DNA of 64,000 nucleotides from an uncultured Mycoplasmatota bacterium (GTDB lineage: Bacteria > Bacillota_I > Bacilli_A > RF39 > UBA660): NCBI GenBank assembly GCA_946403755.1, contig CAMJBC010000006.1:46176-110175 (forward strand), given 5' to 3'. Positions 21,197 through 31,144 of this stretch are shown in pieces. A program made the translations under genes and the position numbers. The first letter of the stretch is position 1; the number at the start of each line of letters is the position of its first letter. The notes under the pieces are model-generated. The model ran no database searches. It saw only the letters and a list, made by a program, of their open reading frames with translations, and was not told the DNA's origin.

Positions 21197-21760
21197 ATGA
21201 CTTTTAATGATATAAAAACTCCTAATGAACTACTTGAATTTATGAAAAATAATATAAAATATGGTTTTTTAGGTAAAAATGGAAAAAAGTATTATGACCA
21301 ATATTCAGAAGAATGGAACGATTGGAATAATGAATGTATAGTTCAAAGTGGAGAAGGAGTATTAAATTCAAATGTTGGTACATGTTGGGATCAAGTTGAA
21401 TTAGAAAGATTATGGTTTGAAAAAAATAATTATAATTTTAAAACTATATTTATGTGGTTTGAAGTAGGAAGAGAATGCAATTTACCAACACATACTTTTT
21501 TATTATTTGAACAAAATAATAAATGGTATTGGTTTGAAAATTCTTTTGAGATGTATAGAGGTATACATGAATATAATAGTTTAGAAGAAGCAATAGAGGA
21601 TGTTAAAAGTAAACAAATAGAATTCACATCAAAGAATTATAAAGATTTTAGTGAAGAAGATAAACAAACTTTAGTAAGTTATGAATATACAAAACCAACT
21701 CCAAATCTAGGAGTAGATGATTACTTAGCATTTGTTACTGGAAATAACTATATGCTATAA
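21197..21760 (+). CDS. Transglutaminase/papain-like fold protein
   Basis: GTCWDQVEL...THTFL...WYWFE (Cys-His-acid order). Confidence 0.65.
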   Translation: MTFNDIKTPNELLEFMKNNIKYGFLGKNGKKYYDQYSEEWNDWNNECIVQSGEGVLNSNVGTCWDQVELERLWFEKNNYNFKTIFMWFEVGRECNLPTHTFLLFEQNNKWYWFENSFEMYRGIHEYNSLEEAIEDVKSKQIEFTSKNYKDFSEEDKQTLVSYEYTKPTPNLGVDDYLAFVTGNNYML

Positions 21761-21778
21761 TATAAATATAATTGAGGT

Positions 21779-23527
21779 ATGCTTATGTATGATAAAAAAT
21801 TAGATGAAATAATTAGTAAAGATCCTTCAAAAAAATATCTAAAAGAAATAGTTGATAGAGGAATAATTGTAGTTTCTCCAAATACAGAGAAGTATTTAAA
21901 TGATCCTAATCAATTACCGCTTAAAGGATTCACTGGAAATAAAACAATAAGTAGACAATTTATTATAGATTTAATGTCTCATGATGATTCATTTGATAAA
22001 TTAAAACAATTATATGAAAATGATTTATTTGCAGTTGTTACAATGTTTGTGAGTGAAGAAGGAAATTTTAGATATCAATGTAATATTGATAGAATGTTAC
22101 TTGTTGATTTATTAAAGCAAATTGATATAAATGAAGTACCTCAAATAAGAGAACGATATAATCAAGTAATGGATTATGTATCATATGATAAGTATAAAGA
22201 GAAAACTCAAAATAACAATTATGAAATTGTAATAGATGGTAAAAGTTATGTAATTCCAGTTACATTAATTTATCAATTTATGGATACAAGTAATGAAGAA
22301 TTTAATAATATATTATCTAATGCAGGAGATATTAATGGTATTCCAATAGAACATTTTTTATATGCTGTTAGAAGATATTATGAAGATAATGAAGTTACAA
22401 AAAAATATTTTGTAAATGAAGAATTAAAAAATAGATTAAATGAAATAAAATCATCTAAAATAGTAGATGTTCAAATGATAAACGAGTACTTGAATATAGA
22501 TGATTTAATAATTGAAAAAATTAAAGTTGATAAAGAATTAGAAAATCATATTTTAAGTGATATATCACCTGATTTTAATGATTTAGAAAAAGCCTTATAT
22601 ATTTATATTAAACTGTGTAAAACTCTAACATATGATGAAGAATTTTATGCAATAAATCAAAAAGGTCCATTAGCAAAAAAACATAAAACTATAGATAATG
22701 TATCTAATATTTCACTTACAAATAATAAAGTTGTTTGTTATGAATTTGATGCATTATATTCATATTTTTTACATAAACTAGGTATTAATTATAAACGTTT
22801 TGTAGGGACAAGGAATGCTTATGGAGAAACTGGTGAACAAGAATTCTCTAATGATTTTAATTCATATAGTGAAGGACATACTTTCCTAAAATTTAGAAGT
22901 GGAAAGTATTTAGTAAAAGCAGATTCTGTTACTAAAATATTACAAGGTGATTTAATGCAAGCTAAATTAAATCAACCTTTAGAAGGACTCGTTTGTGAAA
23001 ATGTTAATGAAGAGTCAAGAAATGAGTTTACAGAAGCATTAAATAAAGTTTACACATATATAGCAAGTAGAGAAGCAAAAATAAGTCAAAATGAACCTGG
23101 TAAAAAAGAATCTTTTGATGATATAGTTTCTCAGTTTGTAAGTACAACTGATAAATTAAAACCAGTTGATATAAGAGAAAAAATAGAAATATTAATAAAT
23201 AAAGTTAATGCTACTAAAATGGTTGGTATTGATGCTTATTCATATTTATTACAATTAAAAAAGATTTTATTTACTGAACAAGAAATAAAAAAGAATTTTA
23301 GAGTTTCTATTATAAGAAATTCTAAAGAAGATTCTGCTGAAGCGTTAGCTATTATAACTACTAGACTTCCAAATGAAATGGGAAAAATGGTTGTAAATAG
23401 ATATATGTATAGACCAGGTGAAGGATTAGTACCAATTTCTGAAGAAGAATTACAAGCTAATTTTGATGATGATACGATGGGATATGTTGGAGATAACGCT
23501 CCGATCATACCTGGAATAAAAATGTAG
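21779..23527 (+). CDS. Hypothetical protein with transglutaminase-like domain
   Basis: LEKALYIYIKLCK, VVCYEF..Y...L..LGI, GHTF, KAD. Confidence 0.65.
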   Translation: MLMYDKKLDEIISKDPSKKYLKEIVDRGIIVVSPNTEKYLNDPNQLPLKGFTGNKTISRQFIIDLMSHDDSFDKLKQLYENDLFAVVTMFVSEEGNFRYQCNIDRMLLVDLLKQIDINEVPQIRERYNQVMDYVSYDKYKEKTQNNNYEIVIDGKSYVIPVTLIYQFMDTSNEEFNNILSNAGDINGIPIEHFLYAVRRYYEDNEVTKKYFVNEELKNRLNEIKSSKIVDVQMINEYLNIDDLIIEKIKVDKELENHILSDISPDFNDLEKALYIYIKLCKTLTYDEEFYAINQKGPLAKKHKTIDNVSNISLTNNKVVCYEFDALYSYFLHKLGINYKRFVGTRNAYGETGEQEFSNDFNSYSEGHTFLKFRSGKYLVKADSVTKILQGDLMQAKLNQPLEGLVCENVNEESRNEFTEALNKVYTYIASREAKISQNEPGKKESFDDIVSQFVSTTDKLKPVDIREKIEILINKVNATKMVGIDAYSYLLQLKKILFTEQEIKKNFRVSIIRNSKEDSAEALAIITTRLPNEMGKMVVNRYMYRPGEGLVPISEEELQANFDDDTMGYVGDNAPIIPGIKM

Positions 23528-23536
23528 AGGTGAAAT

Positions 23537-23761
23537 ATGTTAGATAAATTAATTGAAACAAATAATAACATAATTAATCAAACTAATGATGAAGATAAAA
23601 AGAAAAAACATCTATTAATTAAAAAGATGTTAGAAGATAAACAATGTTTTTTCAAAATGAATATAGAGACATCATATGCAGTTTTAAGAGAATTAAATAT
23701 TCCTGAAGAAGATTTAAAAAATGTATATTCAGAATTAATTGATTCATCAAATATAGTATAA
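23537..23761 (+). CDS. Small hypothetical protein
   Basis: GAGGTG RBS; terminator downstream. Confidence 0.7.
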   Translation: MLDKLIETNNNIINQTNDEDKKKKHLLIKKMLEDKQCFFKMNIETSYAVLRELNIPEEDLKNVYSELIDSSNIV

Positions 23762-23825
23762 GAAATGTTAAGCAGGTTGTAATATCTGCTTTTTGTATGC
23801 TAAAATTATTATAGGAGAGATATAT

Positions 23826-25247
23826 ATGGGATATAACGATATAAAAGATAGAATGGAATTTCCACTTTATACACCAGAAGGAATAAAGTGTTGTGTGGAC
23901 AGTTGTTTAAAGGAAGGTTTTTATAGATTAGAAGATGATGATAGGACAAAGACAAAAAAGAAAGGTCTTAACTTTGCACATAGTAAATCAATGATGTTAC
24001 CTAATCATAGATCTTTTATAAAAACTGAAACTATCACCTTAAAGGATTTGGAAAATTTCACCTTTGATATGATTAAATATTTAGCGTTGTCACTTTACAA
24101 TGAATTTTTAACTATTTCAAAAAACAGATATACTAAAATTAGTGATGTTGCGCCTGGTTTTATAGCAAAAAATCCGGAATTATCAGATTATTTAATATCA
24201 GATTTGCTAGATATTGCAAATATGAGTACTGAAGAAATAGGTAAGAGATATAAAAGTAATGATAAATCGAGCATATTTATAAAAAAAGCTTATGATAGCA
24301 TTAAAATACATACTGGTTTAATAAATGATTTTGGTTTTCCTGGTTTTATTGAACATGCATTTAATAATCCTCTTTATGAATTTGATATTGCTTCTGAAAC
24401 AGATGTTGGTCTTAATCCCAATGCAATGAGTAAAGCACTCAATTATAGTAAACGATTTTATTTCAATATGTCTAAAGATATTAATGGATTGAAATTTGTT
24501 GCAGCTTTATTTAAAAAATGTATAGATAAAAGGATACCATGTGATATAAAACCATTTTTTAGCGATGGAGATGATTTAGATGGTACAATAGTTTATGCTC
24601 ATAATGGAAATTTTGATAAAATGATTGATGCAGTGGAGGAAGTTATAGCTGAGCATCCAGATTTGCTTGTATCATTAGGGAGTCCAATTTTAACAGCAGC
24701 TTCTGTAAGGTCTAAAGATGGAAATGTATATTATTCTATTTGCCATGGTGGTGGTAATAAAGAATCTTTTAAACATGGGATTGGTGGTACTTACAATACT
24801 ATTGCAAATAAAATAATAAATACAACATATGCTTTAGCATGCATTCGACTTATATTTTATCGTTTTCCTGCATTTTCAAAACACCTTCTATCTATAAAGA
24901 GTGAATTTGGTGGTGAAATATACTCATATTTATACCATATGTCTGAATTATTAAAGAATCCAAGTGATTTAAAAATGGAAGATATAATTAAAATTACTAA
25001 ATTTTCCAATTCAGGTGCTATTAAAAGAGTTAGAATGGCTGTATCCGAAGAGGTTGAAAAAGATAGGAATAAATATAATGAATTAATTGGATTTTTTTCA
25101 AATTATTTACCAATTGTAACATCTGCTATTAATTTTTGTGATTTAGATCATCAAGATGTACCAATGCCTAAAGATGCGTCCTTTTTATCATTTGAACAAC
25201 ATCATTTTTCATCAGGTGTAGGAAAAGGCATTTTAAAGAATGACTAA
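23826..25247 (+). CDS. Hypothetical protein, possibly with a HopA1-like/lyase-like central domain
   Basis: AGGAG RBS before ATG 23826; RFYFN...K...DGTIVY pattern (weak). Confidence 0.6.
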   Translation: MGYNDIKDRMEFPLYTPEGIKCCVDSCLKEGFYRLEDDDRTKTKKKGLNFAHSKSMMLPNHRSFIKTETITLKDLENFTFDMIKYLALSLYNEFLTISKNRYTKISDVAPGFIAKNPELSDYLISDLLDIANMSTEEIGKRYKSNDKSSIFIKKAYDSIKIHTGLINDFGFPGFIEHAFNNPLYEFDIASETDVGLNPNAMSKALNYSKRFYFNMSKDINGLKFVAALFKKCIDKRIPCDIKPFFSDGDDLDGTIVYAHNGNFDKMIDAVEEVIAEHPDLLVSLGSPILTAASVRSKDGNVYYSICHGGGNKESFKHGIGGTYNTIANKIINTTYALACIRLIFYRFPAFSKHLLSIKSEFGGEIYSYLYHMSELLKNPSDLKMEDIIKITKFSNSGAIKRVRMAVSEEVEKDRNKYNELIGFFSNYLPIVTSAINFCDLDHQDVPMPKDASFLSFEQHHFSSGVGKGILKND

Positions 25248-25336
25248 ATAGTCATTCTTTTTTTTGCAAAAAAAAATCAATCCTTGGATTGATTTTATAT
25301 ATATCTAAACTTGAGTACTTTCAAGTAGATACCTTA

Positions 25337-25410
25337 TGGAGCAGATGATGGGAATCGAACCCACGTTAGCAGCTTGGAAGGCTGAAGTTCTACCATTAAA
25401 CTACATCTGC
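25337..25410 (-). tRNA. tRNA-Gly (anticodon TCC), CCA encoded
   Basis: Reverse complement GCAGATGTAGTTTAATGGTAGAACTTCAGCCTTCCAAGCTGCTAACGTGGGTTCGATTCCCATCATCTGCTCCA forms a cloverleaf. Confidence 0.97.
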
Positions 25411-25426
25411 ATGCCTTGTGAATATA

Positions 25427-25455
25427 ATTCTACTTCAAATAATATACTTTGTCAA
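25427..25455 (-). promoter_or_regulatory. SigA promoter of tRNA-Gly
   Basis: TTGACA-17 nt-TAGAAT on minus strand. Confidence 0.8.
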
Positions 25456-25590
25456 CAAAAAAGTTAGATTTTAAGCGTATTTGTCCTTTATAATAATTCA
25501 TAAATGTAGTATAATGAATATACAATAGAAATTGTTTATAGTTGATAAAAAAAAGAATTATTAGTATAATATTTAGAGCCAAGGGAAGGT

Positions 25591-26211
25591 GTGTCTATGA
25601 CAGCTAGAATAGTTGTTAAAAAGAAAAGCAAATTAAAAAAAGAATTATTAGATGATACTTCTGTTGAAGTAACTAAAGATTTAAATGAGTTAGAACCTAG
25701 TAGTGAGGTTAAAGAAGAGGTAGTTGTGAAAAAGAGAAGAAGAAAAAATAAAAGTAACAAATCAGAGAATATAGTATTAGCTGCTTTAATAGTTATTCTA
25801 TTAGCATGTTTTGTTGCGATAGGATTCTTATTTTATAAGTATTTCTATGCTGGTGCTAGTTCTAATAAATATGGTGATAGATTAGAAGGTATTGAAAACT
25901 ATAAATTATCAGACACTTTAAGTGATGATATTAAAGGACTTTATAGTGAAGAATCATCAATTAGTAAAGTAGTAGTAAATACTAAAGGAAAAATAATTTA
26001 TATTGATATTGATTTTTCTACATCTGTTAAAATTGAAACAGCCGAATCTTTAGCTACTAAGGCTTTAGAAAAAATAGGGGAAGAGAATCTAACTTTCTAT
26101 GATGTTCAATATATTTTGACATATAGTGGTGAAGAAGAAAATGAAAATTTCCCAATATTTGGAGCTAAGAAATCTACAAGTACTAAAGTAGTATGGAGTA
26201 AGGTGAAATAA
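25591..26211 (+). CDS. Single-pass membrane protein
   Basis: Charged N-terminus, TM, KYGDRL motif, extracellular domain. Confidence 0.75.
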   Translation: MSMTARIVVKKKSKLKKELLDDTSVEVTKDLNELEPSSEVKEEVVVKKRRRKNKSNKSENIVLAALIVILLACFVAIGFLFYKYFYAGASSNKYGDRLEGIENYKLSDTLSDDIKGLYSEESSISKVVVNTKGKIIYIDIDFSTSVKIETAESLATKALEKIGEENLTFYDVQYILTYSGEEENENFPIFGAKKSTSTKVVWSKVK

Positions 26212-26212
26212 T

Positions 26213-28225
26213 ATGAAAAAGAAATCTAGAAAGAGTGTCATAATTGCTTTTGCAATTATAGTCGTTCTTGTTTTAGGGTTCTTTGGAACCTTATATTACA
26301 TAACTAATACAGTAAATAATTTTTCTTATACTGAGAAAAAATGGATGAATGATAATTCTAAAAATACAATGGATGTTTATGTACAAACTCCATTACCAGT
26401 ATTTTCATTTAATGGGTCTGGTGTATATTATGATTATCTAAATGCATTAAAAGAAAACACTGGTCTTAATTTAAATATAGTTTCTACTGATTCAGCAAGT
26501 GTAAAATTAGTAAATAAAAATACTATTGCTTCTGAAGATGTATTAGTATTTAAAGATCATTTTGTTGTTTTAGGTGAAAAAGAAGATATTAATAAATTAA
26601 ATGATCTTAATTATAAAACAGTAGGTGTATTAAAAGAAGATATAGATACAGTTAAGTATTATTTAACTGAATATGAAAATGTTACATTAAAAGAATATGA
26701 TGATTTTGTAGCACTACAAAATGCTATGGAAGGTAAAACAATAGGATATGGTATTGTTCCATTATATAAATATATTAATGAAATAATAACTAATGATATT
26801 AATATTGTTTATCATATGGATGGTTTATATTCATATTATTGTTTAAGTTTTGAAAAAGCTAATAATAATTTAAAGAGTATATTTACTAAATTTTATTATA
26901 GATATGAAAAACAAATTAATACTAAAATAAATTCATATTTTTTAGATATTTATTATACTGCTAAGAAATATACTGAAATTGAAAAAGAATCAATTACTAA
27001 TGAAGATTTTATAGTAGGATATATTAATAATATTCCTTTTGAAGGTATGATTAGTAATAAATTTACTGGTCTTACTAATACATATTTATCTAAGTTTGCT
27101 GATATAACTGGAGTTACTTATAAATATATTGAATATAAAGATACTAAAGCATTATCACAAGCTTTATCTGATAGTAAAGTAGATATTATACTTAATTATT
27201 ATTCTTTGAGTAGTGATAATTATGAAAGTACTAGAACACTTGGAAATTCTGAGTATGTAGTACTTGCTCATGTAGATAATAATATTGTTATTAATTCTTT
27301 ATATACTTTAAAACATACTACAGTAGATATGTTAACTAATACTAATCTTAAATATAATATGGCTGATAAGAATTTATTTGAAATTAATAATTATGCTAGT
27401 ATTAAGTCATTATTAAAAAATATAAATGAAGATTCAATAATAATTATAGAAAAAGAAGTATATGATTATTATAAGAGTTCTAGTTTAAAGAATTATAGTA
27501 TTAGATATGTAGATAATATTAAATTAAATAATTCATTCTTACTTAAGAAGAAAAATAGTGCATTTAATCAATTATTTGACTTCTATTTAAGTACTTTAAG
27601 TAGTAATGAAGTTAAAAATGAAAGTGTTAATGACGTTATAGAGACACTTAAAAATAATAGAGTATTTAACTTTATAATTAGTAATTTAGTATACATTGTT
27701 ATAGGTGCTTTAGTATTAGTATTTATAATATATGGTATATTAAAGAAAGTTAATAGTATTAAGAAAACTAATAAAGAAAATAGATTATATTATTTTGATG
27801 CTATGACTAATTTGAAAAATAGAAATTTCTTAAATGATAATATGGAATTTTGGAATTCTGCTAAGGTTTATCCACAAACTATCATTGTAATAGATATTAA
27901 TAAATTAAAAGCTTTAAATGATAGAGATGGACATGAAGCAGGAGATAATCAAATTAAAGCAGTTGCTAGTGTTCTTATTAAAACTCAAAGAGATAATTCT
28001 GAGATAATGAGAACTGATGGTGATGAATTTATGGTTTATATGGTTGGATATGATGAAAAGAAAATAGGAACTTATATTCATAAATTAAATAGAGAACTAG
28101 CAGATGCATTACCAAATAAAGAATATGGTGTATCTATTGGATATGCTATGATATTAAGTGAACAAACTACAATTGAAGATGCAGTTAATGATTCACTAGC
28201 TATGATTCGTAAATCTAAGGAATAG
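26213..28225 (+). CDS. Membrane sensor with tandem substrate-binding-like domains and GGDEF domain (DGDEF variant)
   Basis: DAMTNLKNR, IDINKLKALNDRDGHEAGD, RTDGDEF, VSIG; two TMs. Confidence 0.88.
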   Translation: MKKKSRKSVIIAFAIIVVLVLGFFGTLYYITNTVNNFSYTEKKWMNDNSKNTMDVYVQTPLPVFSFNGSGVYYDYLNALKENTGLNLNIVSTDSASVKLVNKNTIASEDVLVFKDHFVVLGEKEDINKLNDLNYKTVGVLKEDIDTVKYYLTEYENVTLKEYDDFVALQNAMEGKTIGYGIVPLYKYINEIITNDINIVYHMDGLYSYYCLSFEKANNNLKSIFTKFYYRYEKQINTKINSYFLDIYYTAKKYTEIEKESITNEDFIVGYINNIPFEGMISNKFTGLTNTYLSKFADITGVTYKYIEYKDTKALSQALSDSKVDIILNYYSLSSDNYESTRTLGNSEYVVLAHVDNNIVINSLYTLKHTTVDMLTNTNLKYNMADKNLFEINNYASIKSLLKNINEDSIIIIEKEVYDYYKSSSLKNYSIRYVDNIKLNNSFLLKKKNSAFNQLFDFYLSTLSSNEVKNESVNDVIETLKNNRVFNFIISNLVYIVIGALVLVFIIYGILKKVNSIKKTNKENRLYYFDAMTNLKNRNFLNDNMEFWNSAKVYPQTIIVIDINKLKALNDRDGHEAGDNQIKAVASVLIKTQRDNSEIMRTDGDEFMVYMVGYDEKKIGTYIHKLNRELADALPNKEYGVSIGYAMILSEQTTIEDAVNDSLAMIRKSKE

Positions 28226-28227
28226 TT

Positions 28228-29088
28228 ATGAAGAGTAAGATAAAACGTATTTATGGTTATATGCTAACACAAGAATTAAGAGTATTGCCAGCAGATTTGG
28301 CATACTCTTTTACTCTTGCCATAATACCAATTTTATCTTTAGTATTATACTTCTTAACATCATTTAAATTACCATCTAGTTTAGTACAAAATTTTATTGA
28401 AACTAATGTACCAGTTAATTTAGCAGAATTATTAACACCATTATTTAATGCTTCATTAACACCAAGTTCATTATTTACAATTATTATTGGTATTATAGTA
28501 GCAGCAAATGGATGTAATGCTATTATTATTGCTAGTAATACAATTTATAATATGGAAAATGCTTCTATATTAAGAAGATTTATTAAATCATTAATAATTA
28601 TGATTATAGTAATAGTATTATTTGCATTTATTTTAATAGTTCCATTATTTGGTAGATCAATATCTAATTTGTTAATTAAATATATACCACTATTTGCTAA
28701 TCATAAAGATATTGTAAATATTATATATACTTTATTGCAATTACCTGTATCATTATTTATTATGTATTTTATTATTAAGCTTATATATGTTATAGCACCA
28801 GATGAAAGAATACTAAGTAAATATGTGAGAAAAGGTTCTATGTTTACTACAATATCTTGGTTGCTTGTTACAGTTTCTTTATCATATTATATTAATCATA
28901 TAGCTAGATATGATTTGGTATATGGAAACTTAGCAAATATAGTAATTTTGTTATTCTGGTTTTATATACTTGCATATATATTTGTAATAGGATTATGTAT
29001 TAATAAAGATAGTGTAGAGCACGCTATTGAAAAAACAAATAGTATTAAATTAGAAGAGATAAGAAAAAAAATTAAAGAGAATCAATAA
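28228..29088 (+). CDS. YihY/virulence factor BrkB family membrane protein
   Basis: PADLAYSFTLAIIP, Y..VYGNLA.IVILLFWFY. Confidence 0.88.
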   Translation: MKSKIKRIYGYMLTQELRVLPADLAYSFTLAIIPILSLVLYFLTSFKLPSSLVQNFIETNVPVNLAELLTPLFNASLTPSSLFTIIIGIIVAANGCNAIIIASNTIYNMENASILRRFIKSLIIMIIVIVLFAFILIVPLFGRSISNLLIKYIPLFANHKDIVNIIYTLLQLPVSLFIMYFIIKLIYVIAPDERILSKYVRKGSMFTTISWLLVTVSLSYYINHIARYDLVYGNLANIVILLFWFYILAYIFVIGLCINKDSVEHAIEKTNSIKLEEIRKKIKENQ

Positions 29089-29112
29089 AAAAAGATGCAT
29101 TTGCATCTTTTT
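29088..29112. terminator. Bidirectional terminator
   Basis: AAAAAGATGCA-TT-TGCATCTTTTT. Confidence 0.8.
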
Positions 29113-30604
29113 AATTTGTCATACTAAATATCATTGCTCCAATAAATACGCCTATAAATGCTACCATCATTATTATATAAATAAGAATAGATTTATTAGC
29201 AAAAGCAGCTTGTCTATTATTTTTTCTACCGATTGATAGAGTAGGACCTTTTTCTTCAATTTCTTGTCTTTCTTCCATTAATTCTGGAGTAGACATCATT
29301 AATGCTCTTAATTCATCATCAGTTAATGGTTCATTATTAGCATATTTCATGCATAGTTCATTATATTCTTCAGGAGTTAATGGTTTGTCTCCAACATCAG
29401 TATTTTGTTGTGTAGCATTATCATTAGCATAATTTTGGCCATCACTAATAATATCTGCATTTACATGATCTATTCTATCATCTGTATGAACTACATCATT
29501 ATAACCACCTATAGCATGAATAGTTCCTTCTTCATTATGTAGTATAGTTTGTTTATTTTGAACGTTTTCTTGTGTTTCTTCTCCAAGTTTTTCACTTGTA
29601 TCAACAAATTTAATCATACGTTGTTGATCATAATTTTTAACACTCATATCCATGTCTGTAGTAGGAGATAGTTTTTCTTCTGTAGCTATTTCGCATAATT
29701 CATGGAATAATTGTTCAGGATCTAATTGTTCATCAGGACCTAAACTACTAATTTTATCTCTATAATAATCAGATACTTTATTTGAATTATATGCTTGTAC
29801 TAAATGAAGTTTTCCATCATTATCTATATATTTAATATATTTCTTTTCATCTAAGTATATTATTTGAACACTACCACTTCTAGTAGTAACATCATCAAAT
29901 AATCTATTATCTACATCTTTATCTTCTTTAGCATCAGATGTTTTCTTTTGTTTTTCTAAGAATCTTTTAACGGCATTCTCATCACATTTTTTAGCTATTT
30001 CTTTTAATTTTTGTATCTTTAATAATTTTTGAGCTTTATCATCCCATGATTGAGATGGATCGTAAACTTCTTGAACTTTACCAGATAACTCAATTAAATC
30101 CTCTAAAGCATCAAAATCAATATCACCAATTATTGATTTTAATGAATTAATATCTAATAATTGATTAGCATTATCAGTAAATACTCTTGAGTCTAATGCA
30201 TCTCCATAAACTTCTTTTAATTGTCTAGCTAATTCAACAAATTCTTGTAATTCAGGTTTTTCATCTACATCAATATTAAAGATTAAATGTAATTCTTGTG
30301 TATAATACTCGATAAGACCATCTTCTAAATCTCTTCCATATACAAGTGTACTAGGGTTAACTCCATTTACTGATATTTCTTTAATACAAGTTACATCAAT
30401 AATTGAATCTAACATACGTCTTAATATATTACCTTGGAATGAATCTTTTTTCATACCATCAGCAAATTCATTACCAAGAACATATTGAGTATTGTTTAAT
30501 AGAGAAATCTTATCTTTAGGCATAAAAGAACCAAATCTAGTGATTAGGCATTGTTTTAATTGAGCTTCAAAGTTTTTTAGTTGAGTTAAATTTTCTCCTA
30601 ACAT
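29111..30604 (-). CDS. Hypothetical tail-anchored protein
   Basis: GGAGG RBS; acidic body; single C-terminal TM. Confidence 0.78.
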   Translation of the reverse strand: MLGENLTQLKNFEAQLKQCLITRFGSFMPKDKISLLNNTQYVLGNEFADGMKKDSFQGNILRRMLDSIIDVTCIKEISVNGVNPSTLVYGRDLEDGLIEYYTQELHLIFNIDVDEKPELQEFVELARQLKEVYGDALDSRVFTDNANQLLDINSLKSIIGDIDFDALEDLIELSGKVQEVYDPSQSWDDKAQKLLKIQKLKEIAKKCDENAVKRFLEKQKKTSDAKEDKDVDNRLFDDVTTRSGSVQIIYLDEKKYIKYIDNDGKLHLVQAYNSNKVSDYYRDKISSLGPDEQLDPEQLFHELCEIATEEKLSPTTDMDMSVKNYDQQRMIKFVDTSEKLGEETQENVQNKQTILHNEEGTIHAIGGYNDVVHTDDRIDHVNADIISDGQNYANDNATQQNTDVGDKPLTPEEYNELCMKYANNEPLTDDELRALMMSTPELMEERQEIEEKGPTLSIGRKNNRQAAFANKSILIYIIMMVAFIGVFIGAMIFSMTN

Positions 30605-30698
30605 AAGTCCTCCATTATTAATTAAATTATATAATATATAGATATTTTTTTCAATAATATGTTATAATAATAATACATTATTTAGGAGGTGTTTTATT

Positions 30699-31136
30699 AT
30701 GAAAGTAATATTCTTACAAGATGTTAAAAAACAAGCTAAGAAAGATGAAATAAAAGAAGTAAAAGATGGATATGCTAAATTCTTAATAGCTCAAAAAGTA
30801 GCAGTTCCTTATACTGAAAAAAGTCTTGATGTTTTAAACACTGAAATAAAAGCTAGAAATGATAAAGAAGAAGCTTTAATAAAAGAATGTAATAGTATTA
30901 AAAATGCTATTAAAGATAAGGTAATTACTTTTAAAGTTAAAACAGGAAATAATGATAAAGTTTTTGGAAATATTACATCTAAACAAATTAGTGAAGAAAT
31001 TGCTAAATTAGGATATAATATTGATAAAAAGAAAATTAATACGTTAGGAGATATTAATACACTTGGTTATCATGATGTAGAAATAACATTACATAAGAAA
31101 GTTGTATTTAAGATGAGTGTTAATTTAGTTAAATAG
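30699..31136 (+). CDS. rplI: 50S ribosomal protein L9
   Basis: MKVIFLQDVK...EVKDGYA.FLI; KVFGNIT; LHKKV. Confidence 0.96.
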   Translation: MKVIFLQDVKKQAKKDEIKEVKDGYAKFLIAQKVAVPYTEKSLDVLNTEIKARNDKEEALIKECNSIKNAIKDKVITFKVKTGNNDKVFGNITSKQISEEIAKLGYNIDKKKINTLGDINTLGYHDVEITLHKKVVFKMSVNLVK

Positions 31137-31144
31137 GAGGGTTT

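Noticed and set aside
25247-25410. tRNA-Gly as integration site of an island
   Set aside because: No duplicated tRNA 3' end and no integrase seen in the window.
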